DNA of 64,000 bases from Candidatus Iainarchaeum sp. (GTDB taxonomy: Archaea > Iainarchaeota > Iainarchaeia > Iainarchaeales > JAAZKV01), in the NCBI GenBank assembly GCA_026397015.1, contig JAPLVR010000004.1, positions 6,126 through 70,125 of the forward strand, read 5' to 3'. Positions 29,006 through 38,871 of the stretch are shown piece after piece. The position numbers were made by a program, and so were the translations under genes. Position 1 is the first letter of the stretch, and the number at the start of each line of letters is the position of its first letter. The notes under the pieces are model-generated. The model saw only the letters and a program-made list of their open reading frames with translations, searched no databases and was not told the origin of the DNA.

Positions 29006-29938
29006 ATGGTTGGCAAAGGCAAAGGTTTTGGGAAAACAATTCTGTTCGGAGAGCACTTTGTTGTATACGGTTTAGAAGGAATTCCGTGCGCTTTGGGTCA
29101 AATAACTACTGCGGAAGTAGAAATAATTTCCAGCGGGAAAGGGTATGAATTAATTGATAACCGCCCGGCAACTCCCGGATACAAGGAAGAAAAAACCGGG
29201 GAATATGTTGCGCTAATTTCAAGAGTTTTAGATTATATGCAAGTCAAAGACAAATTACAAATTACGCTTGGAGGCGATTTGTATTGCGCATCAGGTGTTG
29301 GAGCAAGCGCGGCATGCGCGGCTGCAATAGCAAGGGCAATTAATGAAGAATACAAACTCGGCTGGAACGATGAACAAATAAACAAAGCCGCTTTTGAAGG
29401 CGAAACGGCAGGAAGCGGAACGCCAAGCGGAATAGACAACACTGCGGCGGTTTACGGAGGATTTTTGTTATTTAAAAAAAATATAACCGGCGGAGCAAAC
29501 AAAATAGGGGTAGTGAAAATAAAAAAGCCCGTTGAAATTGTTTTGGGCAATTCGGGAAAAACCGCGCTCACAAAAGAAGTTGTCGGCGATGTTAAAAAAT
29601 TAAAGGATTCAAATCCAAGCGAAGTGCAAAAAATATTTGACGAATATGTTGCGCTGGAAGAAGAAGCGAAAAAAGCTTTGCAAAATTACGATTTAAAGAA
29701 ACTCGGCGAACTGATGAACAAAAACCACGAGTTATTGCAAAAAATAACCGTTTCGTGCAAAGAACTTGACGAATTGGTTGAGGCCGCACGAAGCGCGGGA
29801 GCGCTTGGGGCAAAGTTAACCGGCACTGGGAGAGGCGGGATGATGATAGCGCTTACGCCCGGAAAAGAACTTCAGGAAAAAGTTGCAAAAGCAATTGAAG
29901 CGAAGGGATATGCTGCGACAAAAACAGTGATCGGATAG
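29006..29938 (+). CDS. mvk: Mevalonate kinase
   Basis: GKTILFGEHFVVYG, SGVGASAA, PSGIDN, GAKLTGTGRGG. Confidence 0.9.
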   Translation: MVGKGKGFGKTILFGEHFVVYGLEGIPCALGQITTAEVEIISSGKGYELIDNRPATPGYKEEKTGEYVALISRVLDYMQVKDKLQITLGGDLYCASGVGASAACAAAIARAINEEYKLGWNDEQINKAAFEGETAGSGTPSGIDNTAAVYGGFLLFKKNITGGANKIGVVKIKKPVEIVLGNSGKTALTKEVVGDVKKLKDSNPSEVQKIFDEYVALEEEAKKALQNYDLKKLGELMNKNHELLQKITVSCKELDELVEAARSAGALGAKLTGTGRGGMMIALTPGKELQEKVAKAIEAKGYAATKTVIG

Positions 29939-29969
29939 GGTTTGTGAAATTATTTTTAAAGGTGATTAA

Positions 29970-30968
29970 ATGAAAGTAACAGTAAAAGCAAATGCAAATA
30001 TTGCACTAACAAAATACTGGGGGAAAAAGGACGCTGCGCTCAAAACACCCTGGAACAGCAGTACAAGCGTGACATTAGAAGGGCTTGAAACTACGACCAC
30101 CGTAGATTTTGACAAACAATACAAAAAGGACATCTTTATTTTAGACGGAAAAGAATGCGCCGAAGAAACCGATGAATACAAAGAAGTAAAGGAGCAGTTG
30201 GATATTATAAGAAAAAAAGCAAAAATGAACTTGAAAGCAAAAGTTGTTTCAAAAAATGATTTTCCAACGGCAGCGGGATTTGCTTCGTCCGCTTCCGGCT
30301 TGGCAGCATTAACTTTTGGGGCGGCAAAAGCGGCAGGGCTAAATTTAAGTGTTGAAGAATTAAGTAAAATCTCCAGAATGGGATCGGGAAGCGCAAGCAG
30401 AAGCCTGATAGACGGATTTGCGATATGGCATAAAGGAGAAAGAGCCGACGGGGAAGATTCTTTCGCCGAGCAAATCGCGCCAAAAGAATTCTGGCCGGAA
30501 TTCAGGATACTCGGGTGTGTTATTTCAAAAAAAGCTAAAAAAATTAAAAGCAGGGCGGGAATGGCTCAAAGCGTAAAGACTTCGCCAATTTTCAAGCAAT
30601 GGTACGAGCACGCTGAAATAGACGCGCAAAAAATGGTGGAACTAATTAAGAAAAAAGATTTTGTAGCGCTCGGAGAGCTGGCGCAGCACAACTGCATATT
30701 AATGCATGCATGCGCAATGACAACTTTGCCCCCGATAATTTATTGGGCGCCCGGGTCATTGGAAGTAATGCACAGAGTTCTTGAACTGCAGGACGAAGGG
30801 GTAAAATGTTATTTTACTCTCGACGGCGGGCCGCAGGTAAAAATAATTTGCCTCGAAAAAGACGTGCCTAAAATAAAAGAAGAAATCAAGAAATTGGAAG
30901 GCGTGCATGAAATAATTGAATGCAAACCTGGATTGGGGCCGAGAGAAGTAAAAGGGCATTTGTTCTAA
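29970..30968 (+). CDS. mvaD: Diphosphomevalonate decarboxylase
   Basis: ANANIALTKYWGK, FPTAAGFASSASG, GSGSASRS, TLDGGPQV. Confidence 0.9.
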   Translation: MKVTVKANANIALTKYWGKKDAALKTPWNSSTSVTLEGLETTTTVDFDKQYKKDIFILDGKECAEETDEYKEVKEQLDIIRKKAKMNLKAKVVSKNDFPTAAGFASSASGLAALTFGAAKAAGLNLSVEELSKISRMGSGSASRSLIDGFAIWHKGERADGEDSFAEQIAPKEFWPEFRILGCVISKKAKKIKSRAGMAQSVKTSPIFKQWYEHAEIDAQKMVELIKKKDFVALGELAQHNCILMHACAMTTLPPIIYWAPGSLEVMHRVLELQDEGVKCYFTLDGGPQVKIICLEKDVPKIKEEIKKLEGVHEIIECKPGLGPREVKGHLF

Positions 30969-31066
30969 AAAAGATTGGGCGGGAAAAAACTTTGCCCAAT
31001 TAATTAAATTTTTAATTTTTCTCGGGTGGATTTCTGGTCAAAGCAATTATTTTTGATTTAGAAGGA

Positions 31067-31708
31067 GTGCTTATTCTCCACAAGAAAAGGCAAGCCGCCC
31101 TTTTCGAAAAAGCTTTCGAAAAGCATGGCATAAAACTGAAGTATAAAATAGAGCCAAAGTATCATTTGCGTTCACGTCCGGAATACCATTCTGGCAAAAA
31201 TTTTGTGAGAAAACTATTCGAGCTGAACAAAACCCCTTACAAAGAAGAACTTGCTGAAAATGTTTTGCAGGCTTACAAAGAAATGCGCAGAAATCCAGCA
31301 TATTTAGCAAATATGCAAAAGCTTGTTCCGGGGGTGGAAGTTCTTTTGCGGCGTGCAAGAAAAAAAGGAATCAAACTTGCGATTGTTTCAAACGCAAATC
31401 CTGTGCAGGCAAATTACCTTCTTGAGAAATATAGTTTGAAAAAATATTTTGATATTATTGTTGATGATTCGTGCGGGCTTCCGGAAAAGCCTTCACCGGC
31501 AAAATTACAGTTTGTCATAGAAAAATTTGGTGTATTACCGAAGGATGTAATTATGATAGAGGATAGCGTGGCCGGAATCGGGGCGGCGCTTACAGCAGGC
31601 ATTGTCCCAATAGGAGTTCTTACAGGAGTCGCTTCAAAGTCAAACCTAAAAAAAGCGAAAGCACGGCATGTTTTTGATTCTGTTACGGAAATAAAAAAGT
31701 TGATATGA
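31067..31708 (+). CDS. HAD family phosphatase
   Basis: SNA, KPSP and MIEDS motifs; the first HAD motif IIFDLEGVL lies just 5' of the called start, so the true start is near 31034 (GTG). Confidence 0.85.
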   Translation: MLILHKKRQAALFEKAFEKHGIKLKYKIEPKYHLRSRPEYHSGKNFVRKLFELNKTPYKEELAENVLQAYKEMRRNPAYLANMQKLVPGVEVLLRRARKKGIKLAIVSNANPVQANYLLEKYSLKKYFDIIVDDSCGLPEKPSPAKLQFVIEKFGVLPKDVIMIEDSVAGIGAALTAGIVPIGVLTGVASKSNLKKAKARHVFDSVTEIKKLI

Positions 31709-32686
31709 ATGGATAGGCCGATCTGTTTTGGGGACCATTTCGTTTATGCGGGCAATTACTGTGTTTGCTTTGGGGATTTTTCCAACAAAGAAATAATTGG
31801 ATTTCCAAGGTATATCAAGTCTGCTAAGGGAGATAGGTTGATTTACGGGAAAAAATATGAAAAATTAAAAATAAATCTCGGGTCCGTTGAAAAGGCGCTT
31901 TCCAACCAAGATTTGGCAAAAAGTTATTTTTTTTATGAAGGATTCGGGCAAGATATTTTTCAATTCAAGAAATCAAATTATTCTTTCTTTGAGCCTGATG
32001 AGTCTTTCAACAAAATTATTGAGAAAAAAAAGAAGAGTGATTTTGAGAATCGGGCGGTCGATTTTTCAAAATTGGTGCGCGACAAAACATCAAAAGAGGT
32101 AGTTTTTGGTTTTGGAGGGTCAATTTCTCTCGGTTGTCTAAATTCGGAATCAGATATCGATTTGTATTTGTATGAAGAAAAGAGGAATCATTTGTATTCT
32201 AAAAAAATTTGGGGGCTGTTTGAAGAGAATATTATTAAAAAAATTTCTTTTGAGAAAGAAACGCCCGCGAGAAAAAAGAGCTGGGAGAACCTTTTATCAG
32301 GGGCTGGGGTGTCATCAAAAGTTTGGGCAAATTTTTATGATGAAGGGCGGTGGATATTTGAAGGAAGTTACCTGAACATGCCGATTAGTTTCGAATTCAT
32401 CCCCGGCCACCTAAAAAAACCAATAAGACAAAAATTTTCTTCTTTCGAAAAAATAGTCACAGAAGCAAAAATAACGAATGATGGGGGAATATTGCAAAGG
32501 CCCGCCTCGTTTGAAATTTACAGCAAAGATTTTGGGAAAATAAAGGTGCTTAGTTTTGTGAGAACTCATTCGATTTTACGAAAGGGGGATAGAATAAGCG
32601 TGCAGGGGATTTTGCAAACGGAAGAAAAATCAAGACAAATTACTGCGTTGTTTCCCGAAACAACCAAAATAAAACTTTTGGAGTAA
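31709..32686 (+). CDS. Pol-beta-superfamily nucleotidyltransferase-like protein
   Basis: GFGGSISLG...SDIDLYLY (GS plus DxD); architecture resembles archaeal uncharacterised NTases. Confidence 0.65.
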   Translation: MDRPICFGDHFVYAGNYCVCFGDFSNKEIIGFPRYIKSAKGDRLIYGKKYEKLKINLGSVEKALSNQDLAKSYFFYEGFGQDIFQFKKSNYSFFEPDESFNKIIEKKKKSDFENRAVDFSKLVRDKTSKEVVFGFGGSISLGCLNSESDIDLYLYEEKRNHLYSKKIWGLFEENIIKKISFEKETPARKKSWENLLSGAGVSSKVWANFYDEGRWIFEGSYLNMPISFEFIPGHLKKPIRQKFSSFEKIVTEAKITNDGGILQRPASFEIYSKDFGKIKVLSFVRTHSILRKGDRISVQGILQTEEKSRQITALFPETTKIKLLE

Positions 32687-32696
32687 CCATTTTTAT

Positions 32697-33572
32697 TTAT
32701 TTCAATCCGCGCGTGTATGAAAAGCGATAAGTCTCATTCGCATGCTCAAATTTTCCGAGTTTTTTCGGCGCGAGCGAAACTATGCAGTCTCCTCCACCAG
32801 CACCGCTTATTTTTGTCCCAATCGCGCCCTCTTTTTGACTTTCATAAATCAAATTAGATATGTGTTCATTTGAGACGCCGATATTTTCAAGCAAACATTG
32901 GTATTCGCCCATGAGTTCTCCAAGGGCGCGATAATTGTTTTTGTTCCTCCATGCGGATTTTGTTATTGAATCCATTGTGGAAACTATTTTTTTGTAAGAT
33001 TTGTTTTTTTCATACCTTTGCATAAACGGTTCGATCATCCCCTTTGATTTTTTTCGCGTATAAGTGAATAAAAAATCTGTTGGCTTATTCAGTTTTTCAA
33101 CTGCTGCGCACTTATTTTTGTTAACTCTAACTAACCCCCCATAAATCGTCGCGGCAAGCGCCCCCGCACTGCAAAGTTTTTCCCTTCTTTTTAATGCGAA
33201 CAATATTTTCAGCAATTTTTTATTTGACAATTTGGCGGAATATAGTTTGGAAAGGGCGGCAAAGGTTGAAACCATACAGGCATCGGATGACCCGAAGCCT
33301 TTTCCCGCAGGTATTTTTGAATCGATTAAAATTGAAACATTGTTTTCATATCCGTATAATTCTCTAAAACTTTTCAAAGCAAATTCCGCAGGAGGCGATT
33401 TTTTGAACTCTTTTGAAAGGATTTCGTCTTTTTTTGAAAAAGAAGCATGCGCCGTTAAAGGTCCGGAAAGCCCAAGAACTATTGCGTTTTTCCCTAGCAA
33501 GACGGCATATTCCCCGAAAAGAAAGGCATTTCCGCAACAGGACGCCCACACAGCATACGGCTTTTTGTCCAT
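32697..33572 (-). CDS. Additional GHMP kinase (mevalonate/phosphomevalonate kinase-like)
   Basis: GNAFLFGEYAVL, IPAGKGFGSSDA, TIYGG, TKISGAGGGDC. Confidence 0.85.
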   Translation of the reverse strand: MDKKPYAVWASCCGNAFLFGEYAVLLGKNAIVLGLSGPLTAHASFSKKDEILSKEFKKSPPAEFALKSFRELYGYENNVSILIDSKIPAGKGFGSSDACMVSTFAALSKLYSAKLSNKKLLKILFALKRREKLCSAGALAATIYGGLVRVNKNKCAAVEKLNKPTDFLFTYTRKKSKGMIEPFMQRYEKNKSYKKIVSTMDSITKSAWRNKNNYRALGELMGEYQCLLENIGVSNEHISNLIYESQKEGAIGTKISGAGGGDCIVSLAPKKLGKFEHANETYRFSYTRGLK

Positions 33573-33631
33573 ACGAATATTGCCTGCGTTTATTTAAAAT
33601 ACTTATTCGGGGTAATTACATAGGTGATTTT

Positions 33632-34747
33632 GTGAAAATAACTGCGCCAGGAAAATTAATGCTCAGCGGAGAATGGAGCGTTTTGGAGGACGGAGTTCCA
33701 TGCCTAGTGATGGCGATTGACAGAAAGGTTTTTGCGGAAATGAAAGAAAGCGAAGAGATTTGTTTTACTGCAAAAGGTTTTGGGATAGAAAAAGTCAAAG
33801 CTACTTTTGGCGATGCTCTTAAACTTGAAGCCGCGCCCGAACAGAAAGAAAAATTGCTTTTTGTTACGAAAGCGGTTGAAGCCGCGTTGAAATATTTACG
33901 CGACTCTGGAAAAAAGCTAAAAATGTTCGAACTTGAAACTAATTCTGAAGATGCGATAATAACTCTTTCTGACGGAAAGAAAGCGAAAGTAGGCTTTGGA
34001 AGCAGCGCGGCAATAGTTGCCGCAACAGTTGCGGCAGTGTTCGCTTATCACGGTGAAGAAATCGAATCAAAAAAAGCGAAAGAAAAAATATTCAAGTTGG
34101 GATGCATTGCGCACTTTTTGGCGCAGGGAAAAATAGGAAGCAGCTTTGATGTCGCAGCCTCAACTTATGGCGGCGTGCTTGTTTACCAAAAGCCAGACAT
34201 GAAATGGGTCACAGGCGAATTGGGCAAAGGCGCATCGATAAAGAAAGTTGTCGATTCGGCTTGGCCGCTTTTTTTAGGCGAGCCGATAGCTCTTCCAAAA
34301 AACTTTTTGCTTAGCATCGGCTTTGTCGGATATAGCGCTTCAACAAAAGAATTGATTTTGAAACTCAATGATTTCAAGAAGGAAAGGAAAGAGGAGTATG
34401 ACAAAATAATTTCTGGAATAAAAGGAATTACTGTTAATTTGATTAAAGCAATAAAAGAATCGAACGAAAAAGAAATAATTTCTCTTTTGAAGAAAAACAG
34501 GGTGTTGTTGAAAGAGCTTAGTGATAAAAGCAACAACAATCTTGAAACAAAGGAGCTTGCGTTGCTTGCAGATTTGGCCGACCAAAATGGGGCGGCTGGA
34601 AAATTCTCTGGAGCGGGCGGCGGCGACTGCGGCATAGCAATAAGTTTTGACAAGAAAATTAAGAAAAAAGTTGAAGCGGCTTGGAAAGCAAAAAGTTTAT
34701 ACCCGATAGGCGCAGGAATATCTATGGAAGGGGTTTCAAGTGAATAA
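33632..34747 (+). CDS. mvaK2: Phosphomevalonate kinase (bacterial/ERG8-like)
   Basis: TAPGKLMLSGEWSVL, KVGFGSSAA, GSSFDVAASTYGG, KFSGAGGGDCGIA; GTG start with AGGTGA RBS. Confidence 0.9.
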   Translation: MKITAPGKLMLSGEWSVLEDGVPCLVMAIDRKVFAEMKESEEICFTAKGFGIEKVKATFGDALKLEAAPEQKEKLLFVTKAVEAALKYLRDSGKKLKMFELETNSEDAIITLSDGKKAKVGFGSSAAIVAATVAAVFAYHGEEIESKKAKEKIFKLGCIAHFLAQGKIGSSFDVAASTYGGVLVYQKPDMKWVTGELGKGASIKKVVDSAWPLFLGEPIALPKNFLLSIGFVGYSASTKELILKLNDFKKERKEEYDKIISGIKGITVNLIKAIKESNEKEIISLLKKNRVLLKELSDKSNNNLETKELALLADLADQNGAAGKFSGAGGGDCGIAISFDKKIKKKVEAAWKAKSLYPIGAGISMEGVSSE

Positions 34748-35690
34748 AATCAAAGCTATTAAGGCAACTAAAAGAAAGGGCGCGCATGGGCAGAGATTTT
34801 CGAGCTGGTCCAAAAGGGCGAGCGTGATGGAAAGATATATGCGCGCCGCCTTCGGGCAGATGGCGAAACGCGGAGAACTTACAAGCGCGCACAACTTGGG
34901 GCATGTGCAAAGGGTTTCTTTATACTCTGCAATTTATGTTAAGGCAATGGGCGGCGGAAAGAAAAAACAGGCTTATGCAAAAATAACAGGCTGGGCGCAC
35001 GATAGGTTAAGGGACCCGCAGGATTCAATGGCGCAGGCAGCTGCCGGAGGAAAAACACACGAAGTTCTTGCAGCGGAACACATGAAACCTTTATTTGAAA
35101 AGAGATACAAAAGAAGCGCTTCAAAGACGATACTTGAAGCGATGGGAACTCACGGCTCCCTTCCAAAACTTAATAGGGTTGGAAAAAATGTTGTGAAAGA
35201 TGCGGTTGTTTTTGCAGACAAATTTTTTGAGGCGAATGGGGCGTACATTGGTTTTAGACGAGCAATGTTCATGGGCGAAAGAGCAGATTTGAGAAAAAAA
35301 ATAATTGAAGAAGGATTGGATATGAAAAATCCGGCTGATTTGAAGAAAACTGCTGTTAGGTTTACTTTGGCGGAATCCGAAAAAAGAATTAAGGCTTTTT
35401 CAGATTTGAGTTCAATACCAAGCCACATGCATGATTTGGTAAAATATCAGGTTCAGTGGCAGGCCAAGCTTGTTGACGGATTGAAGAGAAACGACCCAGG
35501 CACGGTAAATTTGGTTACGCAATTGTTCGCCGAAGGGCTGAAAGAAAGGCCGAGAGATTTGGGCGAAATGATAAGGACTTACAAACCGGTAGCAGAAACG
35601 GATGCAGCTTTCAAAAAAGAGGCAAGCGATTATTTGAGCGGAAAGCTTGCTGAGAAATTTGTTAAACTGATAAAAACTTCAAAAAAATGA
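34740..35690 (+). CDS. HD-domain phosphohydrolase with a basic leader
   Basis: HNLGHVQRV...AHD...THE...H...FADK; start overlaps the PMK stop. Confidence 0.75.
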   Translation: MNKIKAIKATKRKGAHGQRFSSWSKRASVMERYMRAAFGQMAKRGELTSAHNLGHVQRVSLYSAIYVKAMGGGKKKQAYAKITGWAHDRLRDPQDSMAQAAAGGKTHEVLAAEHMKPLFEKRYKRSASKTILEAMGTHGSLPKLNRVGKNVVKDAVVFADKFFEANGAYIGFRRAMFMGERADLRKKIIEEGLDMKNPADLKKTAVRFTLAESEKRIKAFSDLSSIPSHMHDLVKYQVQWQAKLVDGLKRNDPGTVNLVTQLFAEGLKERPRDLGEMIRTYKPVAETDAAFKKEASDYLSGKLAEKFVKLIKTSKK

Positions 35691-35706
35691 AAAAAAACAA
35701 ACAGTT

Positions 35707-35751
35707 TCGTCAATCAACGTCGATTATTTCGTTTCCCAGAAAGGTTTTTAT
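35707..35751 (+). promoter_or_regulatory. Conserved upstream motif plus BRE/TATA of the POR operon
   Basis: Same three blocks and spacing as 21118-21162. Confidence 0.75.
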
Positions 35752-35793
35752 TTGCCCCCTTATTCTAATTATGAAAAAGGGCGATTGATTCGG

Positions 35794-36330
35794 ATGAAGC
35801 AAATAGTTATTCTCGGCCGCGGAGGGCAGGGCGCTGTTACAAGCTCGCAGGTTCTTGCAGTGGCTGCGTTTGAGAACGGCAAGCACTCACAGGCATTTCC
35901 AAACTTCGGAGTTGAAAGGATGGGCGCGCCGGTAAAAAGCTACTGCAGAATAGATGAGAAACCGATTAATTTGCGCTCGCACGTTTACGAAGCCGATTAC
36001 GCAATAATATTAGACCAGACTCTGGCGGAATGCTTCGACGAAAAAGTAAAAGATGGCGGACTGATTATTGTTAATTCAAATAGGCTTCCGAAGGAAATTC
36101 CGATAAGTTCAAAGGCAAAAATTGTTTGCGTCGACATCACAAAAATAGCGCTTGGAATTATAGGAAAGCCGTTCGTAAACATAATCGCATTGGGCGCGTT
36201 TTCTGCGCTCACAAAAGAAATTTCCCTTCAGGCGCTTGAAAAGGCCGTGCAAAAACAAATAGGAAGCAAAGGAAGCATTGCGGAAAAAAATATTGCCGCA
36301 CTAAAGAAAGTTTACGAGGCGAGCAAATAG
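35794..36330 (+). CDS. porG: Pyruvate/2-oxoacid:ferredoxin oxidoreductase gamma subunit
   Basis: GRGGQGAVT, FGVERMGAPV. Confidence 0.9.
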   Translation: MKQIVILGRGGQGAVTSSQVLAVAAFENGKHSQAFPNFGVERMGAPVKSYCRIDEKPINLRSHVYEADYAIILDQTLAECFDEKVKDGGLIIVNSNRLPKEIPISSKAKIVCVDITKIALGIIGKPFVNIIALGAFSALTKEISLQALEKAVQKQIGSKGSIAEKNIAALKKVYEASK

Positions 36331-36374
36331 AGGGGCAAAGAACAAGAAACAAAATCAAAAAAAGTGAAAATGAA

Positions 36375-36701
36375 ATGAAAAAACAAAAGACAAAAGAGCA
36401 AGCCCAAAGCGGGATTTCAAAAACATGCCCTGGCCCGATGGTTTTTTCAAAGGGTGCAGTGATTTCCGAGCCGGGCTCGACAATGAAATACAAAACCGGA
36501 AACTGGAGAACATACAAGCCGGTTATAGAAAGGGCGAAGTGCATAAAGTGCGGCATCTGCTGGGCGAACTGCCCCGATGCGGCGATAAAAAAAGATTCGG
36601 ACGGAACATTCATAGTGGATTACGATTACTGCAAAGGCTGCCTTATCTGCGACAAGCTCTGCCCAGTGAAAGCGATAAGCCACGGGGTAGAACAAAAGTA
36701 A
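36375..36701 (+). CDS. porD: POR delta subunit (ferredoxin-like)
   Basis: TGNWR..KPVI, CIKCGICWANCP, DYCKGCLICDKLCP. Confidence 0.9.
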   Translation: MKKQKTKEQAQSGISKTCPGPMVFSKGAVISEPGSTMKYKTGNWRTYKPVIERAKCIKCGICWANCPDAAIKKDSDGTFIVDYDYCKGCLICDKLCPVKAISHGVEQK

Positions 36702-36729
36702 AAATTAATTTTTTTTTATGGGTTTTTAA

Positions 36730-37899
36730 GTGATTGTGATGGCTGAAAAGGAAAAAGCAGAAAAGGTCGTGATTTCAGGCGCAGATGCGATTGCATGCGC
36801 GGTAAAATTGTGCAGACCGAAAGTCCTGCCAATGTATCCGATAACTCCGAGCACATTGGTTCCAGAAAGGCTGAGCGAGTTCGTTTTCAACGGGGAAATG
36901 AAGGCTGAAATGATTCATGTGGAAAGCGAGCACAGCGCGGCAAGCGCGCTCTATGGAGCATATGCGACAGGGGTAAGGGGATTTACCGCAACGGCTTCCC
37001 AAGGGTTGGCGTTGATGCACGAAATTTTGCCAATAATTTCCGCAAGCAGGTTTCCAGCAGTTATGGCGGTTGCAAATAGAACCCTTTCGGGTCCGCTGAA
37101 TATTTGGAACGACCACTCGGATGCGGTAAGCGAGAGGGACCAGGGATGGATACAGTTGTATTGCGAAAGCGCGCAGGAAGCATTCGATACCACGATAATG
37201 GCTTACAAAATAGCGGAAACGGAAAGGGTTTCGCTGCCGGTAATGGTTTGCATTGACGGGTTCGCGCTGAGCCATGTTTACGAGCCGGTTCAAATAGAGG
37301 GCCAATCAAAAGTTGACGCTTTTTTGCCGCCTTACAAACCGCACAATTTCCTGGACACTTCCGATCCGAAAACATTTGGCGCAGTTGCTTTTCCCAACAG
37401 TTTTTTCGAGTTTCATGAAGCTGAAGAGATGGCGATGCAAGAAGCGCTGAAAGTTATTCCGAAAGTGAATGAAGAATTTGGAAAAGCGTTCGGCAGGAAA
37501 TATGGAGATGGGCTGGTTGAACTGGTTGAAATGAAAAACGCGGAGTACGCTTTAATCGGAATGGGAACCCTTGTAGGAACCTCACGGGTTGTTGTTGAAG
37601 AAATGAGAAAGCAAGGGGAGAAGGTCGGATTAATAAAATTGAAATGTCTCAGGCCCTTTCCGAAAGACGAAATTTTGCAAGCGTGCAAGAAATTGAAGGG
37701 TTTGGCGGTGATTGACAGGCACGCATCCCTTGGTTACGAGGGAGCACTCACAATTGATTTGAAAGCGGCGCTGAAAGATGAGAAAGTAAAAGTAGAAGGG
37801 TTTGTTGCAGGATTGGGCGGAAGGGACATTGATGTGAAAAGATTAAGAGCAGCGGTTGAAACAATAATGAAAGGAGAGAAAGGTTATTGGTTGAAGTAA
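36730..37899 (+). CDS. porA: POR alpha subunit
   Basis: YPITPS, ESEHSA, TATASQGL, WNDHSD, GLGGRD. Confidence 0.95.
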   Translation: MIVMAEKEKAEKVVISGADAIACAVKLCRPKVLPMYPITPSTLVPERLSEFVFNGEMKAEMIHVESEHSAASALYGAYATGVRGFTATASQGLALMHEILPIISASRFPAVMAVANRTLSGPLNIWNDHSDAVSERDQGWIQLYCESAQEAFDTTIMAYKIAETERVSLPVMVCIDGFALSHVYEPVQIEGQSKVDAFLPPYKPHNFLDTSDPKTFGAVAFPNSFFEFHEAEEMAMQEALKVIPKVNEEFGKAFGRKYGDGLVELVEMKNAEYALIGMGTLVGTSRVVVEEMRKQGEKVGLIKLKCLRPFPKDEILQACKKLKGLAVIDRHASLGYEGALTIDLKAALKDEKVKVEGFVAGLGGRDIDVKRLRAAVETIMKGEKGYWLK

Positions 37900-37959
37900 A
37901 AGTAAAAATAATAGGTAAAAAAGAAAAAATGAAAATTTGAAAATGTTTGAGTTGATTTT

Positions 37960-38868
37960 ATGGCAATAATTGGATTTGAAGAGAAAGAGTTTTTCGCTTC
38001 CGGACACAGGGCGTGCGCTGGCTGTGGGGAAGCGCTTGCATTGAGGCACATAATGAAAGCGGCTGGAGAAAAAACAATTGTGGCGATGGCTACCGGCTGC
38101 ATGGAAGTTGTTTCAACGCCTTATCCAGAAACCGCATGGAAAGTTCCATGGGTGCACTGCGCGTTTGAAAACGCGGCGGCGGTTGCTTCGGGAGTAAGGG
38201 CAGCACTTAATATGAAGGGAGATAAGGAAACAAACGTGATTGCAATAGGCGGGGATGGAGCAAGCTTTGATATTGGATTTGGCGCGCTAAGCGGAGCGAT
38301 AGAAAGGGGAACAAAATTTTTGTACATAGCAACTGACAATGAAGCTTACATGAACACCGGAATTCAAAGGAGCGGAGCAACCTTTCCTTATGCCGCTACA
38401 ACTACCAGCCCTGCGGGGAAAATTATTCCCGGAAAGCAGCAGCCGAAAAAACCGTTGCCTTTTATTGTAGCTTCTCACGGAGTAAAATATGTCGCTTCCG
38501 CTTCGGTTGCGAATCTTCCTGATTTGAAGGCAAAAGTCCAAAAAGCTTTGAAGGTTAATGGTCCGACATTTTTGCATGTCTATGTCCCATGCATTCCGGG
38601 ATGGAAAATTGATTCCTCTACAACGATAGAAATAGCAAGGAAAGCAGTTGAAACAAATGTTTTCCCTTTGTATGAAATCGAAGACGGCGTTTTGAAGTTC
38701 ACCCAAAAGCCTGCGGAGAAAAAACAGGTTGAAAGCTATTTGATAATGCAGGGCCGCTTTAAGCATCTGACTCCTGAATTAGTAAAAAAGATTCAGGGGT
38801 ATGTTGATGCGCGCTTTGCTTTCCTTGAAGGAATTGAAGGCAAGAAATGTTTTGACGTGCTTTACTAA
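37960..38868 (+). CDS. porB: POR beta subunit (TPP-binding)
   Basis: GHRACAGCG, TGCMEV, GGDG, DNEAYMNTGIQRSG, PCIPGW. Confidence 0.95.
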   Translation: MAIIGFEEKEFFASGHRACAGCGEALALRHIMKAAGEKTIVAMATGCMEVVSTPYPETAWKVPWVHCAFENAAAVASGVRAALNMKGDKETNVIAIGGDGASFDIGFGALSGAIERGTKFLYIATDNEAYMNTGIQRSGATFPYAATTTSPAGKIIPGKQQPKKPLPFIVASHGVKYVASASVANLPDLKAKVQKALKVNGPTFLHVYVPCIPGWKIDSSTTIEIARKAVETNVFPLYEIEDGVLKFTQKPAEKKQVESYLIMQGRFKHLTPELVKKIQGYVDARFAFLEGIEGKKCFDVLY

Positions 38869-38871
38869 TTT

